A DNA stretch of 64,000 nt from an uncultured cyanobacterium (GTDB lineage Bacteria; Cyanobacteriota; Cyanobacteriia; Cyanobacteriales; CAWCAG01), in the NCBI GenBank assembly GCA_963793425.1, contig CAWCAG010000005.1, forward strand, positions 128,001 to 192,000, read 5' to 3'. Below, piece by piece: positions 49,942 to 60,830 of this stretch (position 1 is the first letter of the stretch; the number at the start of each line of letters is the position of its first letter). The notes beneath the pieces were generated by a model. The model did not search any database. It was not told where the DNA came from and worked only from the letters and a program-made list of their open reading frames with translations. Both the position numbers and the translations under genes were made by a program.

Positions 49942-50268
49942 ATGAATTGCGATAGAAAAGAATTAGACTTGAGTCATCTACCGAAACAACAGCAAGAAAT
50001 TGTCGATCTGACTTGGGCTTTAGCAAGACAGCATCAGGAAGACAGTTATAACTTGCTATCTTTGTTACGAACTTTGGAGCTTTTGCACCGGGAAATTCGC
50101 GAAGAATTGTTTCAACCCTCCCTACCTGATAATCGTCAAAAACTTTACAATCTTGTTAAGGATATTGAAGAAACTGGTGGCTGGCCTTATATTGAACGGA
50201 TGCGGCTAAATGCTTTGTTGAACAACTGGTTAGAAGCCTTGGCGAGGGAACAGGAAAAGAAAGTTTAG
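49942..50268 (+). CDS. Conserved cyanobacterial hypothetical protein
   Basis: LLSLLRTLELLHREIRE.LFQPSLPDNRQKLY.L.KDIEE.GGWPYIERM. Confidence 0.8.
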   Translation: MNCDRKELDLSHLPKQQQEIVDLTWALARQHQEDSYNLLSLLRTLELLHREIREELFQPSLPDNRQKLYNLVKDIEETGGWPYIERMRLNALLNNWLEALAREQEKKV

Positions 50269-50339
50269 GGCAGTTAGTTATCAATCACCAAGCAGAAAAG
50301 CTAAGATGCTAGATGCCCATTACTAATTATTAAATCTTC

Positions 50340-51776
50340 ATGTCCGTTGCCATAAAACCTATCAAGTTTGGTACTGATGGTTGGCGAGGTTTAATCGCCG
50401 CTGATTTTACTTTTGATCGCGTTGCTTTACTTGCGCCTTTAGCCGCCAAAGTTTTAGCTGATACCTTCCAAGGAGGTGCTGAAAATAACTTAATTATTGT
50501 GGGCTATGATCGGCGATTTATGGCCGAAGATTTTGCCCAGGTAGCAGCCGAAGCTTTACAAACAGCCGGGTTTGATGTTTTGTTATCTACCACCTATGCC
50601 CCCACGCCAGCTTTTAGTTGGGCTGCTAAAGCAAAAAATGCTTTGGGGGCTTTAGTTATGACAGCAAGCCATAATCCGGCTGGTTATTTGGGGTTAAAAG
50701 TTAAAGGGGCTTTTGGGGGGTCAGTTTCTCCAGAAGTAACTCAGGAAATCGAAGCCTTATTAACCCAGCCTCCCCAAATTCAGAGGGGGGAGGGTAGTTT
50801 ACAAACTTTTGACCCTTGGCCCAGTTATTGTGAAGGTCTGCGGGGTAAGGTTGATATCGCTGCTATTAAAGAGGCGATCGCTTCTGGTAAGTTAGCTATT
50901 TTTGCTGATGTGATGCACGGTGCAGCCGCAACTGGATTACAAAGGTTGTTAGAGGTAGAAGTTACAGAAATTAATAGTGAGCGCGACCCTCTTTTTGGTG
51001 GAAGTGCGCCAGAGCCTTTGCCGAAATACCTCTCCCAACTATTCCGTACTATTCGCACTGCGGCGAGGCAGGGAGAGAGTGAGTTAAGGGTAGGATTGAT
51101 TTTTGATGGAGATAGCGATCGCATCGCCGCAACAGACGGACAAGGTAACTTCCTTAGTTCCCAAATTTTGATCCCCATTTTGATTAATCATCTAGCTAAA
51201 GGTAAGGGGCTTACCGGAGAAGTGGTCAAAACCGTTAGCGGTTCCGATATTATTCCTCGGTTGGCTGAGTTATATGATTTACCAGTTCATCAAACTCCCA
51301 TTGGCTACAAATATATTGCTGATCGGATGTTAACTGAAGAGGTTTTAATTGGTGGGGAAGAATCTGGAGGTATTGGTTATGGAAGTCATATACCTGAACG
51401 GGATGCTCTTTTGTCAGCTCTGTATGTGCTAGAAGCCGTTGTCGAGTCAGGAAAAGACTTAAGTACCCTCTACAGTCAATTACAAGAAAAGACAGGCTTC
51501 AAAGCCGCTTATGACCGCATTGACTTACCCCTGGCAAGTATGGAAGTACGAAGCAAGTTGTTAGAAAGATTAGAAAAAGAGCCTCTTAAAAAGGTAGCCG
51601 GTAAAAAGGTTAGTGACTGTCTTGACGTTGATGGTTACAAGTTCCGTTTAGCTGACAATAGTTGGTTATTGATTCGTTTTAGTGGCACAGAGCCAGTTTT
51701 ACGCCTCTACTGCGAAGCAAGCAACCTAACTGAAGTCCGTAAAACCTTAGCTTGGGCAAAAGACTGGGCAAGCTAG
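50340..51776 (+). CDS. Phosphoglucomutase/phosphomannomutase family protein
   Basis: KFGTDGWRG, TASHNP, FDGDSDR, GGEESGG, RFSGTEP. Confidence 0.95.
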   Translation: MSVAIKPIKFGTDGWRGLIAADFTFDRVALLAPLAAKVLADTFQGGAENNLIIVGYDRRFMAEDFAQVAAEALQTAGFDVLLSTTYAPTPAFSWAAKAKNALGALVMTASHNPAGYLGLKVKGAFGGSVSPEVTQEIEALLTQPPQIQRGEGSLQTFDPWPSYCEGLRGKVDIAAIKEAIASGKLAIFADVMHGAAATGLQRLLEVEVTEINSERDPLFGGSAPEPLPKYLSQLFRTIRTAARQGESELRVGLIFDGDSDRIAATDGQGNFLSSQILIPILINHLAKGKGLTGEVVKTVSGSDIIPRLAELYDLPVHQTPIGYKYIADRMLTEEVLIGGEESGGIGYGSHIPERDALLSALYVLEAVVESGKDLSTLYSQLQEKTGFKAAYDRIDLPLASMEVRSKLLERLEKEPLKKVAGKKVSDCLDVDGYKFRLADNSWLLIRFSGTEPVLRLYCEASNLTEVRKTLAWAKDWAS

Positions 51777-51789
51777 TCAATGATCAGTT

Positions 51790-51826
51790 ATCAATGTACA
51801 GCTTGCCGTTGCCGTTAGGCATCAGT
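51790..51826 (-). repeat. Dispersed 37-bp intergenic repeat (second copy)
   Basis: Reverse complement of 13003-13039 with one mismatch. Confidence 0.85.
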
Positions 51827-51893
51827 AATTTAGTTCGTTCTATATTCTTCCCCAGCTCCCTACTCCCTGCTCCCCGCTCCCTTCTTGAAAATA

Positions 51894-52472
51894 ATGACAA
51901 AACTCATTGTTGCCACTAGTAATCCTGGAAAATTGCAAGAAATGCAGGAATATTTGACTGATACTCAGTGGGAGTTGCAGTTAAAGCCCCAGGAAATAGA
52001 AATAGAAGAAACGGGCAAAACTTTCTTGGAGAATGCTTGTTTAAAAGCTTCCCAAGTAGCCAAAATCATCAAAGAGTGGGCGATCGCTGATGATTCTGGT
52101 TTGGCTGTAGAGGCTTTAAATGGCGCTCCGGGGGTTTATTCGGCTCGTTATGCCCCCACAGATGAAGAAAGGATTTCTCGGCTTTTAAAAGAGTTAACAG
52201 AAGCGAATAACCGCCAAGCAAAGTTTGTTTGCGCCCTGGCGATCGCTTGTCCGGATGGTTCTATTGCTTTACAAACAGAAGGGATCTGTCCTGGAGAAAT
52301 TACCTTCGAGCCTCGCGGTAAAAATGGTTTTGGTTACGATCCTATTTTTTACGTTCCCGAAGCAGAATTGACTTTCGCAGAAATGGAACCAGACCTCAAA
52401 AATAAATTAAGTCATCGAGGTAGGGCTTTTCAACAACTATCTCAAAATCCTATCTTTAAACAACACCAATGA
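51894..52472 (+). CDS. rdgB: Non-canonical purine NTP pyrophosphatase (RdgB/HAM1)
   Basis: ATSNPGK, ADDSGL, PGVYSARY, GFGYDPIF, SHRGRA. Confidence 0.95.
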   Translation: MTKLIVATSNPGKLQEMQEYLTDTQWELQLKPQEIEIEETGKTFLENACLKASQVAKIIKEWAIADDSGLAVEALNGAPGVYSARYAPTDEERISRLLKELTEANNRQAKFVCALAIACPDGSIALQTEGICPGEITFEPRGKNGFGYDPIFYVPEAELTFAEMEPDLKNKLSHRGRAFQQLSQNPIFKQHQ

Positions 52473-52523
52473 TCAATGTACGGTAACGGCAAACCTTACA
52501 TTGATCATTGATTATTGAATTAG

Positions 52524-52874
<351 letters not shown>

Positions 52875-53033
52875 TTAAATTGAATTTTTAATTAATCTAA
52901 ATTAATTTCGTGACCACTTTATGGCACTAGCATGACATTTTCTAACATCCTCAACCAAGTTGTTTTGGTGACAAACCATACAATTTGTTGGAGGTTACTG
53001 GTAGTTTAACTAAAAATACTATTAACTCATAAA

Positions 53034-53321
53034 ATGGGTACTTCATCAGAACAACAAGTTATTTTAATTACCGGAGCTTCTACAGGTATCGGTGCAGCTT
53101 TGGCACAGGAGTTAGCTCAGCAATTTCACGGAATTCACTTGGTTTTGGCAGCCCGTAGTCAAGATAAGATGCTACAAGTGGCTGCTGAGTTTGATGTTTT
53201 GAGAATGGAGTTATTGTTACCCAGGCATCTCAAGCTTTTGAACGTAGACGCTGACTTAGTATTCCCTAGAGAACAAGAGTTGTTTACAAATCATAAAAAA
53301 CTTTCTAGACAAAATAAGTGA
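53034..53321 (+). pseudogene. Truncated short-chain dehydrogenase/reductase
   Basis: VILITGASTGIG...LVLAARS Rossmann start; SDR character is lost after about aa 52; no NAG or YxxxK motif. Confidence 0.7.
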
Positions 53322-53441
53322 TTATACTGGTAAATTTTGTTTTAGATAATGGCAATATTAAGGGCAGTACAGCATCTACAAAGCATCCACAAGGGTACAG
53401 ACTTCCTTTGAGAATTTCAATGTTATCAGGAGTACATAGAC

Positions 53442-53606
53442 ATGGCTAAACTTTCTAACCAACCATTACAACCAAATCCCTTCGTTACTTATCGTGATCC
53501 CATCACAGGTAAGTGGCTGGTAGAAAAACCACAGATTGAGAAGAAAAAAGAGAAACCAATTTCCTCCGTTGCTACTTGGCCTAGGCTGGTTCAAAAGAGT
53601 GCTTGA
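53442..53606 (+). CDS. Small 54-aa protein (not in ORF track)
   Basis: AGGAG RBS at 53428; MAKLSNQPLQPNPFVTYRDPITGKWLVEKPQIEKKKEKPISSVATWPRLVQKSA*. Confidence 0.65.
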   Translation: MAKLSNQPLQPNPFVTYRDPITGKWLVEKPQIEKKKEKPISSVATWPRLVQKSA

Positions 53607-53853
53607 AGTTTTTTGTACAGCAAAATAGTCGAACTTCAGATTCCCAGGTTGAATTTTGTTTTGGTATCTCGACAAGAAAATAGCAAATTCAACATTTCCT
53701 GGGATTTTTTCTCAAAATTATGATCTCTAACTATTAAGCTGTGAGCTAAGGCGTTGATTGAAATTAGGGGTTCAGGCTCAAAAGTGATTTGTTTAGGCGG
53801 CCATCATAGGTAATAATCTTGTTAAAGAACCTAAACAAAGGGTATTACGAAAC

Positions 53854-54732
53854 TTGATTAACCTAGCCAATTATCGAAAGAGCTTGGCAATTTTTGGCAT
53901 TAGCTCTTTATTACCTACCTTAGCAGTTCTGCCTGCTTGCAATGCAATTCAAAAACAACAGCAAGAAAATGTTCTTAATAAATTTGCAGGTAATTGGCAA
54001 GTTGTTAGCGCCCGTTTAGGAAATGAAGTAGATGAAAATCCTGGGGGAGCAATTCAATTAGAAGTTAGTGACAATAAGCTTGTTGGTGGTTTAATTGGTG
54101 GTCCTTCAGTAGAACTTAAAGCAGTTAAAGGGGGAAATCTTGAGGGCCAACTTAATATTGGTATTGCTGAACAAAATATTCAAGTTCCTGTCACAGTAGA
54201 AATTGCTGAAGACAAAAAGCTAACCATGGTTATTCTTACCAGTGAAGTAGATACCAGCAGCTTACCTGTACAATGGCATCAAGAATTTACCGAAGATGTT
54301 ATTTATGTAGCCGAAAAAACTCCTGCATCTTCAACTTCAGAATTAGAAGAGGTAAAAACCCCTGAATTAGAAGCACAAAAAAATATTGGTGTTCTTACTG
54401 AAGCTAAACAAGGCTTTTTTGTTGAGTTTGGTACTTTTACTTCTAAAATGAATAACTTAGGGTTAGATATTCCCTCAGACACTAAACATTATTCCTATAG
54501 AGTTAAAGAATTAGATAACAGCCTCGCTCAGTCTTTAGCTATTCCGAAAGAAGAAGGACTGAGAAGCTACACAGGAGGAATCTTTGCTACTCCCATTGAA
54601 GGGACAACTCGCATGACTACAACAACAATAGTTTGCCAAAGCAACCAACCCTCCCAAACTCCCCCTGATTCCCCCGCCTTAATAGAAGGAATACCTCAAT
54701 GTCCTGAAGGATTTCAATCTATTAGCGAATAA
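53854..54732 (+). CDS. Lipoprotein with C-terminal type IV pilin-like G/H domain
   Basis: LPAC lipobox; EAQKNIGVLTEAKQGFFVEFGTF...LRSYTGG...CQSNQP...CPEG. Confidence 0.75.
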   Translation: MINLANYRKSLAIFGISSLLPTLAVLPACNAIQKQQQENVLNKFAGNWQVVSARLGNEVDENPGGAIQLEVSDNKLVGGLIGGPSVELKAVKGGNLEGQLNIGIAEQNIQVPVTVEIAEDKKLTMVILTSEVDTSSLPVQWHQEFTEDVIYVAEKTPASSTSELEEVKTPELEAQKNIGVLTEAKQGFFVEFGTFTSKMNNLGLDIPSDTKHYSYRVKELDNSLAQSLAIPKEEGLRSYTGGIFATPIEGTTRMTTTTIVCQSNQPSQTPPDSPALIEGIPQCPEGFQSISE

Positions 54733-54784
54733 GATTAAACATAGGTCTACTTTTTAATCTACTCCCTACTCCCTACTCAAAAGT

Positions 54785-57460
54785 ATGAGTCGTTCTCAAA
54801 AAGCATCTACCGTCAAAACTGATACAGAAATTCCCAACGCTGATTACCGTGAATTAGAACGGGAAAACTTGACCCCAATGATGCAACATTATACTCAAAC
54901 AAAAGATGAGTATGCCAACTGTTTGTTGCTTTATCGGGTAGGGGACTTTTTTGAATGCTTCTTTCAGGATGCTATTACCATTTCCCGTGAGTTGGAGTTA
55001 GTACTCACAAGTAAGGAAGCTGGCAAAGAAATTGGGCGAGTACCCATGACAGGTGTACCCCACCATGCCTTAGATCGCTACAGTACCATGTTGTTGGAAA
55101 AAGGTTATGGGGTTGTTGTTTGTGATCAAGTTGAAGATGCTGCCCAAGCTAAGGCGGAAAAGCGTATGGTACGCAGGGAAGTGCAGAGGTTGCTTACTCC
55201 TGGCACTTTATTAGATGAAGGAATGCTGAATGCCCGGCGCAACAATTTCCTTGGGGCAGTGGTAATTGCTAAAAATAACTGGGGTTTAGCTTATGCTGAT
55301 GTTTCTACTGGGGAATTTTATACAACCCAAGGGAAAAATTTAGAAGCTTTAAACTTAGAATTGCTACGCCTGCAACCATCGGAAATATTAGTTCCTACCA
55401 ATGCTCCAGATCTCAACACCTTACTACGACCAGGGGAAAAGTCAGCTTACTTACCAGAATGCCTCCCAGACTCCTTTTGCTACTCCTTACGTTCCCAAAC
55501 TCCTTTTACCCTCGCCGAAGCTAAGCAGCGACTCCTAGAACAATTTAGGGTGCGATCGCTAGAAGGAATGGGGTGTGAACATCTTCCTTTATGTATTAGA
55601 GCATCTGGGGGTTTGTTGGAGTATGTAGAAACTACGATTAGGAGCAAGAAAAGGAATCCTAGTGGGGAAGATGTTCCTTTGCAACCTCTTCGCACCTATA
55701 CTATTGAGGATTTCTTAATTCTAGATCAGCAAACCCGCCGCAACTTAGAAATTACCCAAACGGTTCGGGATTGTACTTTTCATGGTTCCCTCCTTTGGGC
55801 CTTAGATCGTTGCAACACGGCAATGGGAGGGAGGGCATTGCGCCGTTGGTTATTGCAACCGCTGCTGGATCTCCAAGGCATTAAAGCTAGGCAGGATACA
55901 ATCCAGGAGTTGAGGGAAAATAGCAGTCTGCGTCAAGATTTGCGCCAACTCCTACGACAAATTTATGATTTAGAAAGATTGACGGGAAAAGCGGGTTCAG
56001 GAACTGCCAATGCTAGAGATTTGGTATCTTTGGCAGATTCTCTTTTGAAGTTAACGGATTTGGCAGAACTAGCTTCTAGTGGTTCTTCTGCCTATCTTAA
56101 AGCAATACAAAAAGTTCCGCCAGAGTTAGAAAAGTTAGGTAGATACATTGCAGCTAGTTTGGTTGATTCTCCTCCTCAACACCTCAAGGAAGGAGGGGTG
56201 ATTCGGCCAGGAGTTAATCCTCAATTAGATGAAATGCGGGCTTCTTTGGAAGAAGATCGTACTTGGATTGCTAACCTCGAAGTGACACAACAGCAACGTA
56301 CTGGCGTATCTAATTTAAAAGTGGGTTATAACAAAACCTTTGGTTATTACATTAGTATGCCCCGCAGTAAGTCAGCCCAAGCCCCTAAAGATTTTACTCG
56401 CAAACAAACTCTTACTAATGAAGAACGCTACATTACTCCGGAGTTGAAAGAAAGGGAAACTAGAATCCTCACGGCTAAAGATGATCTTAATCGTTTGGAA
56501 TATGAGATTTTTGTGGCTTTGCGGGGGGAAGTTGCCCTACTCGCCAGAGAAATTCGGACTACCGCTAAAGCTGTTGCGGCCATTGATGTCCTTTGTGGTT
56601 TAGCAGAAGTGGCAGTTTATCAAGGTTACTGCCGCCCCCAAATGGAGTCGGGACGAGAAATTGCTATCTCCGCAGGGAGACATCCAGTGGTAGAACAAAG
56701 TCTTCCTCCAGGTTTCTTTGTTCCCAATTCTACTCAAATGGGTTATGTCCAAGAGGAAAAAAAGCACCAAAATGACCCGGATTTAATTATTCTCACCGGA
56801 CCTAATGCTAGTGGCAAAAGCTGTTATTTACGCCAAGTCGGGCTGATTCAACTTATGGCCCAAATTGGTAGCTTTGTCCCAGCTAGACAGGCAAAATTAG
56901 CTGTATGTGATCGCATTTTTACTCGCGTTGGTGCGGTGGACGATTTAGCCACAGGGCAATCTACTTTTATGGTAGAAATGAATGAAACTGCTAATATTCT
57001 TAATCATGCCACAGCAAAATCTTTAGTTTTGTTAGATGAAATAGGCCGGGGGACAGCAACCTTTGATGGACTTTCCATTGCTTGGGCAGTAGCTGAATAT
57101 TTAGCCACAGAAATTCGTTCTCGCACTATTTTTGCCACCCATTACCATGAACTTAATGAGTTAGCTTCAATTCTTGCCAACGTTGCTAACTATCAGGTTA
57201 CAGTTAAGGAACTTCCCGACAAAATCATTTTCTTACATCAAGTACGTCCCGGAGGTGCAGATCGCTCCTATGGTATAGAAGCAGGACGTTTAGCCGGGTT
57301 GCCCAATTCTGTAATTCAACGGGCTAAACAAGTGATGGGACAAATTGAGAAACATAGTAAAATTGCCCTAGGTTTGAGGAAAGGAATTAAACAGAGACAG
57401 CCAGTTTCTAGTCAGTCATCTAATGATCAGTTAGTGGATCAGTTAGATATTTTTGAGTAA
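54785..57460 (+). CDS. mutS: DNA mismatch repair protein MutS
   Basis: [49 protein letters not shown]. Confidence 0.98.
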   Translation: MSRSQKASTVKTDTEIPNADYRELERENLTPMMQHYTQTKDEYANCLLLYRVGDFFECFFQDAITISRELELVLTSKEAGKEIGRVPMTGVPHHALDRYSTMLLEKGYGVVVCDQVEDAAQAKAEKRMVRREVQRLLTPGTLLDEGMLNARRNNFLGAVVIAKNNWGLAYADVSTGEFYTTQGKNLEALNLELLRLQPSEILVPTNAPDLNTLLRPGEKSAYLPECLPDSFCYSLRSQTPFTLAEAKQRLLEQFRVRSLEGMGCEHLPLCIRASGGLLEYVETTIRSKKRNPSGEDVPLQPLRTYTIEDFLILDQQTRRNLEITQTVRDCTFHGSLLWALDRCNTAMGGRALRRWLLQPLLDLQGIKARQDTIQELRENSSLRQDLRQLLRQIYDLERLTGKAGSGTANARDLVSLADSLLKLTDLAELASSGSSAYLKAIQKVPPELEKLGRYIAASLVDSPPQHLKEGGVIRPGVNPQLDEMRASLEEDRTWIANLEVTQQQRTGVSNLKVGYNKTFGYYISMPRSKSAQAPKDFTRKQTLTNEERYITPELKERETRILTAKDDLNRLEYEIFVALRGEVALLAREIRTTAKAVAAIDVLCGLAEVAVYQGYCRPQMESGREIAISAGRHPVVEQSLPPGFFVPNSTQMGYVQEEKKHQNDPDLIILTGPNASGKSCYLRQVGLIQLMAQIGSFVPARQAKLAVCDRIFTRVGAVDDLATGQSTFMVEMNETANILNHATAKSLVLLDEIGRGTATFDGLSIAWAVAEYLATEIRSRTIFATHYHELNELASILANVANYQVTVKELPDKIIFLHQVRPGGADRSYGIEAGRLAGLPNSVIQRAKQVMGQIEKHSKIALGLRKGIKQRQPVSSQSSNDQLVDQLDIFE

Positions 57461-57598
57461 GAACAGTTTTGTTTTTAACAGTTGATTGCAGCTTTATGTG
57501 CTAGCTATAGGTAGATACTATACCAATTATCTTGTTTGAATAGAGAGCTTGTATATTTCCAATTTTAGAAAAGCTGACCTGTTCCCGAATAAAACCCT

Positions 57599-58330
57599 AT
57601 GTATAATCTGCAAAAGTTTACTCTCCAAGAAATGACTCAATGTGGTATGCACCTCCGTGAGTTAAATTCCCAAAGTAGCAGTATGGAGAAAGTAGCTAAT
57701 CGAGTGGTCGATTATTTTTATGAAAACTTTATTAATGAAGAAACAAATGAAAAAGCTTTTGCTCTGGTACGCTTTTTCAAAACCCATGCCTATGAACATT
57801 TGGAACCAAAGCTGCAAGAATACGCTCAAATAATGTTAGGTGATCAACTATTATCACCTCAAACAAAATGTCTAACTTTATTAGCCACAAAAGGAAATCT
57901 TCCTGAGTGGAACTCCAGACATAAATCCATAGGGCATCAAGCTATTCCTTTAGCTAGCGAACAGTTAGTCACCCAAGCCCCAATGATTTCTCAACTATTA
58001 AGACAATTTGGTTTGAAAACTGCTACACTTCTTAACCCAGATCCACAATTGTTGGTAGACCTAGAGCAAAAAACCTATAATGTTTTCTATATACCTCAAG
58101 CTTTAGGTAGTAAATACATACCTGCTCAAGAAAAATTTGTCATTCCGTATCAAATTCAATCGGTGCTAGGGTTTGGTGGTATGTTACCTGATGGCAATCT
58201 ATTTGCCGTTATTCTCTTTTCTCAGGTGCAAATTCCCCAGGATACAGCTACCCTTTTCAAAGTCTTAGCTCTCAGTGTTAAAATGGCGATTCTACCTTTT
58301 ACTGAAGATACTGTCTTTACGAAGATTTAA
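57599..58330 (+). CDS. Hypothetical protein (possible GAF-like sensory domain) upstream of a histidine kinase
   Basis: 243 aa; ALVRFFKTH, CLTLLAT, SIGHQAIPL, YIPAQ.FVIPY.IQSVLGFGG.LP.G.LFAVILFS. Confidence 0.75.
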   Translation: MYNLQKFTLQEMTQCGMHLRELNSQSSSMEKVANRVVDYFYENFINEETNEKAFALVRFFKTHAYEHLEPKLQEYAQIMLGDQLLSPQTKCLTLLATKGNLPEWNSRHKSIGHQAIPLASEQLVTQAPMISQLLRQFGLKTATLLNPDPQLLVDLEQKTYNVFYIPQALGSKYIPAQEKFVIPYQIQSVLGFGGMLPDGNLFAVILFSQVQIPQDTATLFKVLALSVKMAILPFTEDTVFTKI

Positions 58331-58372
58331 CCTAATTAGAGTTCAATAAACCTATAGCCATCCTTAAGCATT

Positions 58373-59860
58373 ATGAAAATTGAGGAAGTTGAGCAACTTA
58401 GGTATCAGGTGGCGGCCTTAGAAGAGTTGCTAGCAGCCTATGAATTTACCACAACAGAAAAATCTAATAAGTTGGAGCAAGCTTTAGAAAATCTGCGAGA
58501 TAGGGCCCAACAATTAGAACACGCCCAAGAAACCCTGCATATTCTCCAATCTATACTTGATAGTATGGGAGATGGGGTGGCTGTGGTTAATGAAGAAGGG
58601 AAGTTTATCTTTTTCAACCCGGCCGCAGAAAAGATTCTCGGTGTTAGTCACACTAATGCTTCTTTGAGAGATTGGGTTCAAAGAAGTAATTTTTATTTGC
58701 CAGATCAGATCACCGTTTACCCGGAAGCAGAATATCCTTGGCAGCTAGCTGCACTTGGTGAGTCTGTTGATACAGCAGAGATGTTTTTGTGCAGTACAGC
58801 AGAACCAGAAGGAATTTGGCTTAGTGTTAACGCTAGACCTCTTAAAAGCGGAGATGGCAATTATAAAGGGGGGGTAGTGGTCTTTCGAGATATTAGCACC
58901 AGAAAGCTGATTGAGGAATCTTTACGCTCCTCTAGCGCTTGTTTTCAAGAGCAAGCAGAACAACTAGAACATACCCTACAAAAGCTTCGTAAAACCCAAG
59001 CACAATTGATTCAGACAGAAAAAATGTCCGGTTTGGGGCAAATGGTCGCAGGAGTAGCCCATGAAATTAATAACCCCATTAATTTTATTTATGGCAACTT
59101 AGTTCATTTGGGGCATTATAGCCAAGATTTGCTTAACTTACTTGGGTTATATGAAAAACATTGTCCTCCTTGTCTAGAAATTCAAAAAGCATCAGAAGAT
59201 ATAGAAATAGACTATTTAAAAGAAGATATTCCTAAAATTCTTTCCTCAATGGCTATTGGGACTGAACGTATCCAGCAAATTGTTGTTTCTTTGCAAAACT
59301 TTTCTCGGTTAGATAGTCCTAGTTTACAGGCGGTTGACCTCCACGAAGGACTAGATAATAGCCTCATGATTTTACAGAATCGCTTGAAAGAAAGGTCTGA
59401 TCAAGCAGCTATTGAAGTAATTAAAGACTATGAAGATTTGCCTTTGGTTGAGTGTTATGCAGGGCAAATTAACCAAGTATTTATGAATATTTTAAGCAAT
59501 GCTATTGATGCTTTAGAGGAAAAAGAAAATCAGCAATTAGTTAATAATAGTTTGGTTGGCTCGAAAATAATTACTATTCGTACCGAGAAAGTTGGGGAGA
59601 ATCAAGTCGCTATTTATATTGCTGATAATGCGTTGGGGATGTCAGAAAAAGTTAGACAACATATTTTTGATCCTTTTTTTACTACTAAAGAAGTGGGTAA
59701 AGGGACAGGGTTAGGAATGTCTATTAGCTATCAAATAATCGTTGATAATCACAAAGGTAAGCTTGTGTGTGAATCAGAGTTAGGCAAAGGAACAAAATTC
59801 ACGATTGAATTAGCAATTCGCCATCACAAGCTGGGGTATAGGTTAGCAAAAAATAGTTAG
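58373..59860 (+). CDS. PAS-domain sensor histidine kinase (NtrB-like)
   Basis: PAS domain ILDSMGDGV...VVFRDIS; H-box VAHEINNP; NQVFMNILSNAIDA; DPFFTTKEVGKGTGLG. Confidence 0.93.
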   Translation: MKIEEVEQLRYQVAALEELLAAYEFTTTEKSNKLEQALENLRDRAQQLEHAQETLHILQSILDSMGDGVAVVNEEGKFIFFNPAAEKILGVSHTNASLRDWVQRSNFYLPDQITVYPEAEYPWQLAALGESVDTAEMFLCSTAEPEGIWLSVNARPLKSGDGNYKGGVVVFRDISTRKLIEESLRSSSACFQEQAEQLEHTLQKLRKTQAQLIQTEKMSGLGQMVAGVAHEINNPINFIYGNLVHLGHYSQDLLNLLGLYEKHCPPCLEIQKASEDIEIDYLKEDIPKILSSMAIGTERIQQIVVSLQNFSRLDSPSLQAVDLHEGLDNSLMILQNRLKERSDQAAIEVIKDYEDLPLVECYAGQINQVFMNILSNAIDALEEKENQQLVNNSLVGSKIITIRTEKVGENQVAIYIADNALGMSEKVRQHIFDPFFTTKEVGKGTGLGMSISYQIIVDNHKGKLVCESELGKGTKFTIELAIRHHKLGYRLAKNS

Positions 59861-59871
59861 GAAGCAAGAGA

Positions 59872-60648
59872 ATGGCCCAGGTCTATAAAGTTAATAAGCT
59901 GAGGGTGCAGCAATACAATTCAGCGAAAGAATTAGCTAAGGATGCAGCAGACAATGTTAGGGATTATTTACAGCTTCTTTTAGAAGAAAAAGAGCAAGCT
60001 AATGTGGTTTTAGCAACAGGAAAATCTCAGCTTGAATTCTTAGACAACTTACTTACTTTGGGAGGATTAAATTGGTCGAAAATTACGTGTTTCCACTTAG
60101 ATGAATATTTAGGTATCTCTGCTAATCATCAAGCTAGTTTTCGTCATTATCTTCAGGAAAAGGTAGAAAAAAAAGTTCATCCCAGAAGTTTTTATTATTT
60201 AGTAGGAGATGCCCTTGAACCTTTAAAAGAATGCGAACGTTATAGTAAGTTACTACAAGACCAAGGGATTGATCTTTGCTGTCTTGGGATTGGAGAAAAC
60301 GGTCATTTAGCTTTTAATGACCCTTCTGTAGCTAACTTTAACGATCCCTACTGGGTTAAATTAGTTAAATTAGACCAGCTTAATCGTCAGCAACAAGTAA
60401 ATCAGGGTCATTTTGCTACTCTTGAGGCTGTACCTAATTATGCTCTTACTTTGACCATTACAGCTATTTGTACTGCTGCAAAAATAATTTGTCTTGCTCC
60501 GGAATTACGTAAAGCTGCGGTAGTAAAAAAGATGTTATTAGGAGATATTAGTATTGATTGTCCCGCTTCAATTCTCCGCAGACAAGCAAACGCAACTTTA
60601 TTTCTTGATGGAAATTCTGCTAGTCTGCTACCAGAGAAAATATTTTAG
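59872..60648 (+). CDS. nagB: Glucosamine-6-phosphate deaminase family protein
   Basis: LATGKSQ, FHLDEY, LGIGENGHLAFNDP, CPASILR. Confidence 0.88.
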   Translation: MAQVYKVNKLRVQQYNSAKELAKDAADNVRDYLQLLLEEKEQANVVLATGKSQLEFLDNLLTLGGLNWSKITCFHLDEYLGISANHQASFRHYLQEKVEKKVHPRSFYYLVGDALEPLKECERYSKLLQDQGIDLCCLGIGENGHLAFNDPSVANFNDPYWVKLVKLDQLNRQQQVNQGHFATLEAVPNYALTLTITAICTAAKIICLAPELRKAAVVKKMLLGDISIDCPASILRRQANATLFLDGNSASLLPEKIF

Positions 60649-60830
60649 TCATCAGCGTATCAGAAAAGACTAATAGTTGTACATCAAAATTACTCTATGA
60701 AATTACAATTGAGTACAAAATCTCAGTCAAAGGGAATACTATAATAATAGACTAGTTTGCTTTTGCTAAGTGGCAATTCAAGAAGAAAAATTATTCTTAA
60801 TTTAAGTATCAGAACAACTTTTAGTCAATT

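Noticed and set aside
52968..52981. NtcA site upstream of glnB (GTA-N8-CAC on the minus strand)
   Set aside because: One mismatch to consensus and no clean TAN3T box at 22-23 nt; plausible but not supportable by eye.
53466..53675. 69-aa minus-strand ORF
   Set aside because: It overlaps the plus-strand 54-aa ORF, which has an RBS and a more protein-like sequence.
54785..57460. Intein or other insertion in MutS
   Set aside because: The length is normal, only short loop insertions are present, and there are no intein motifs.
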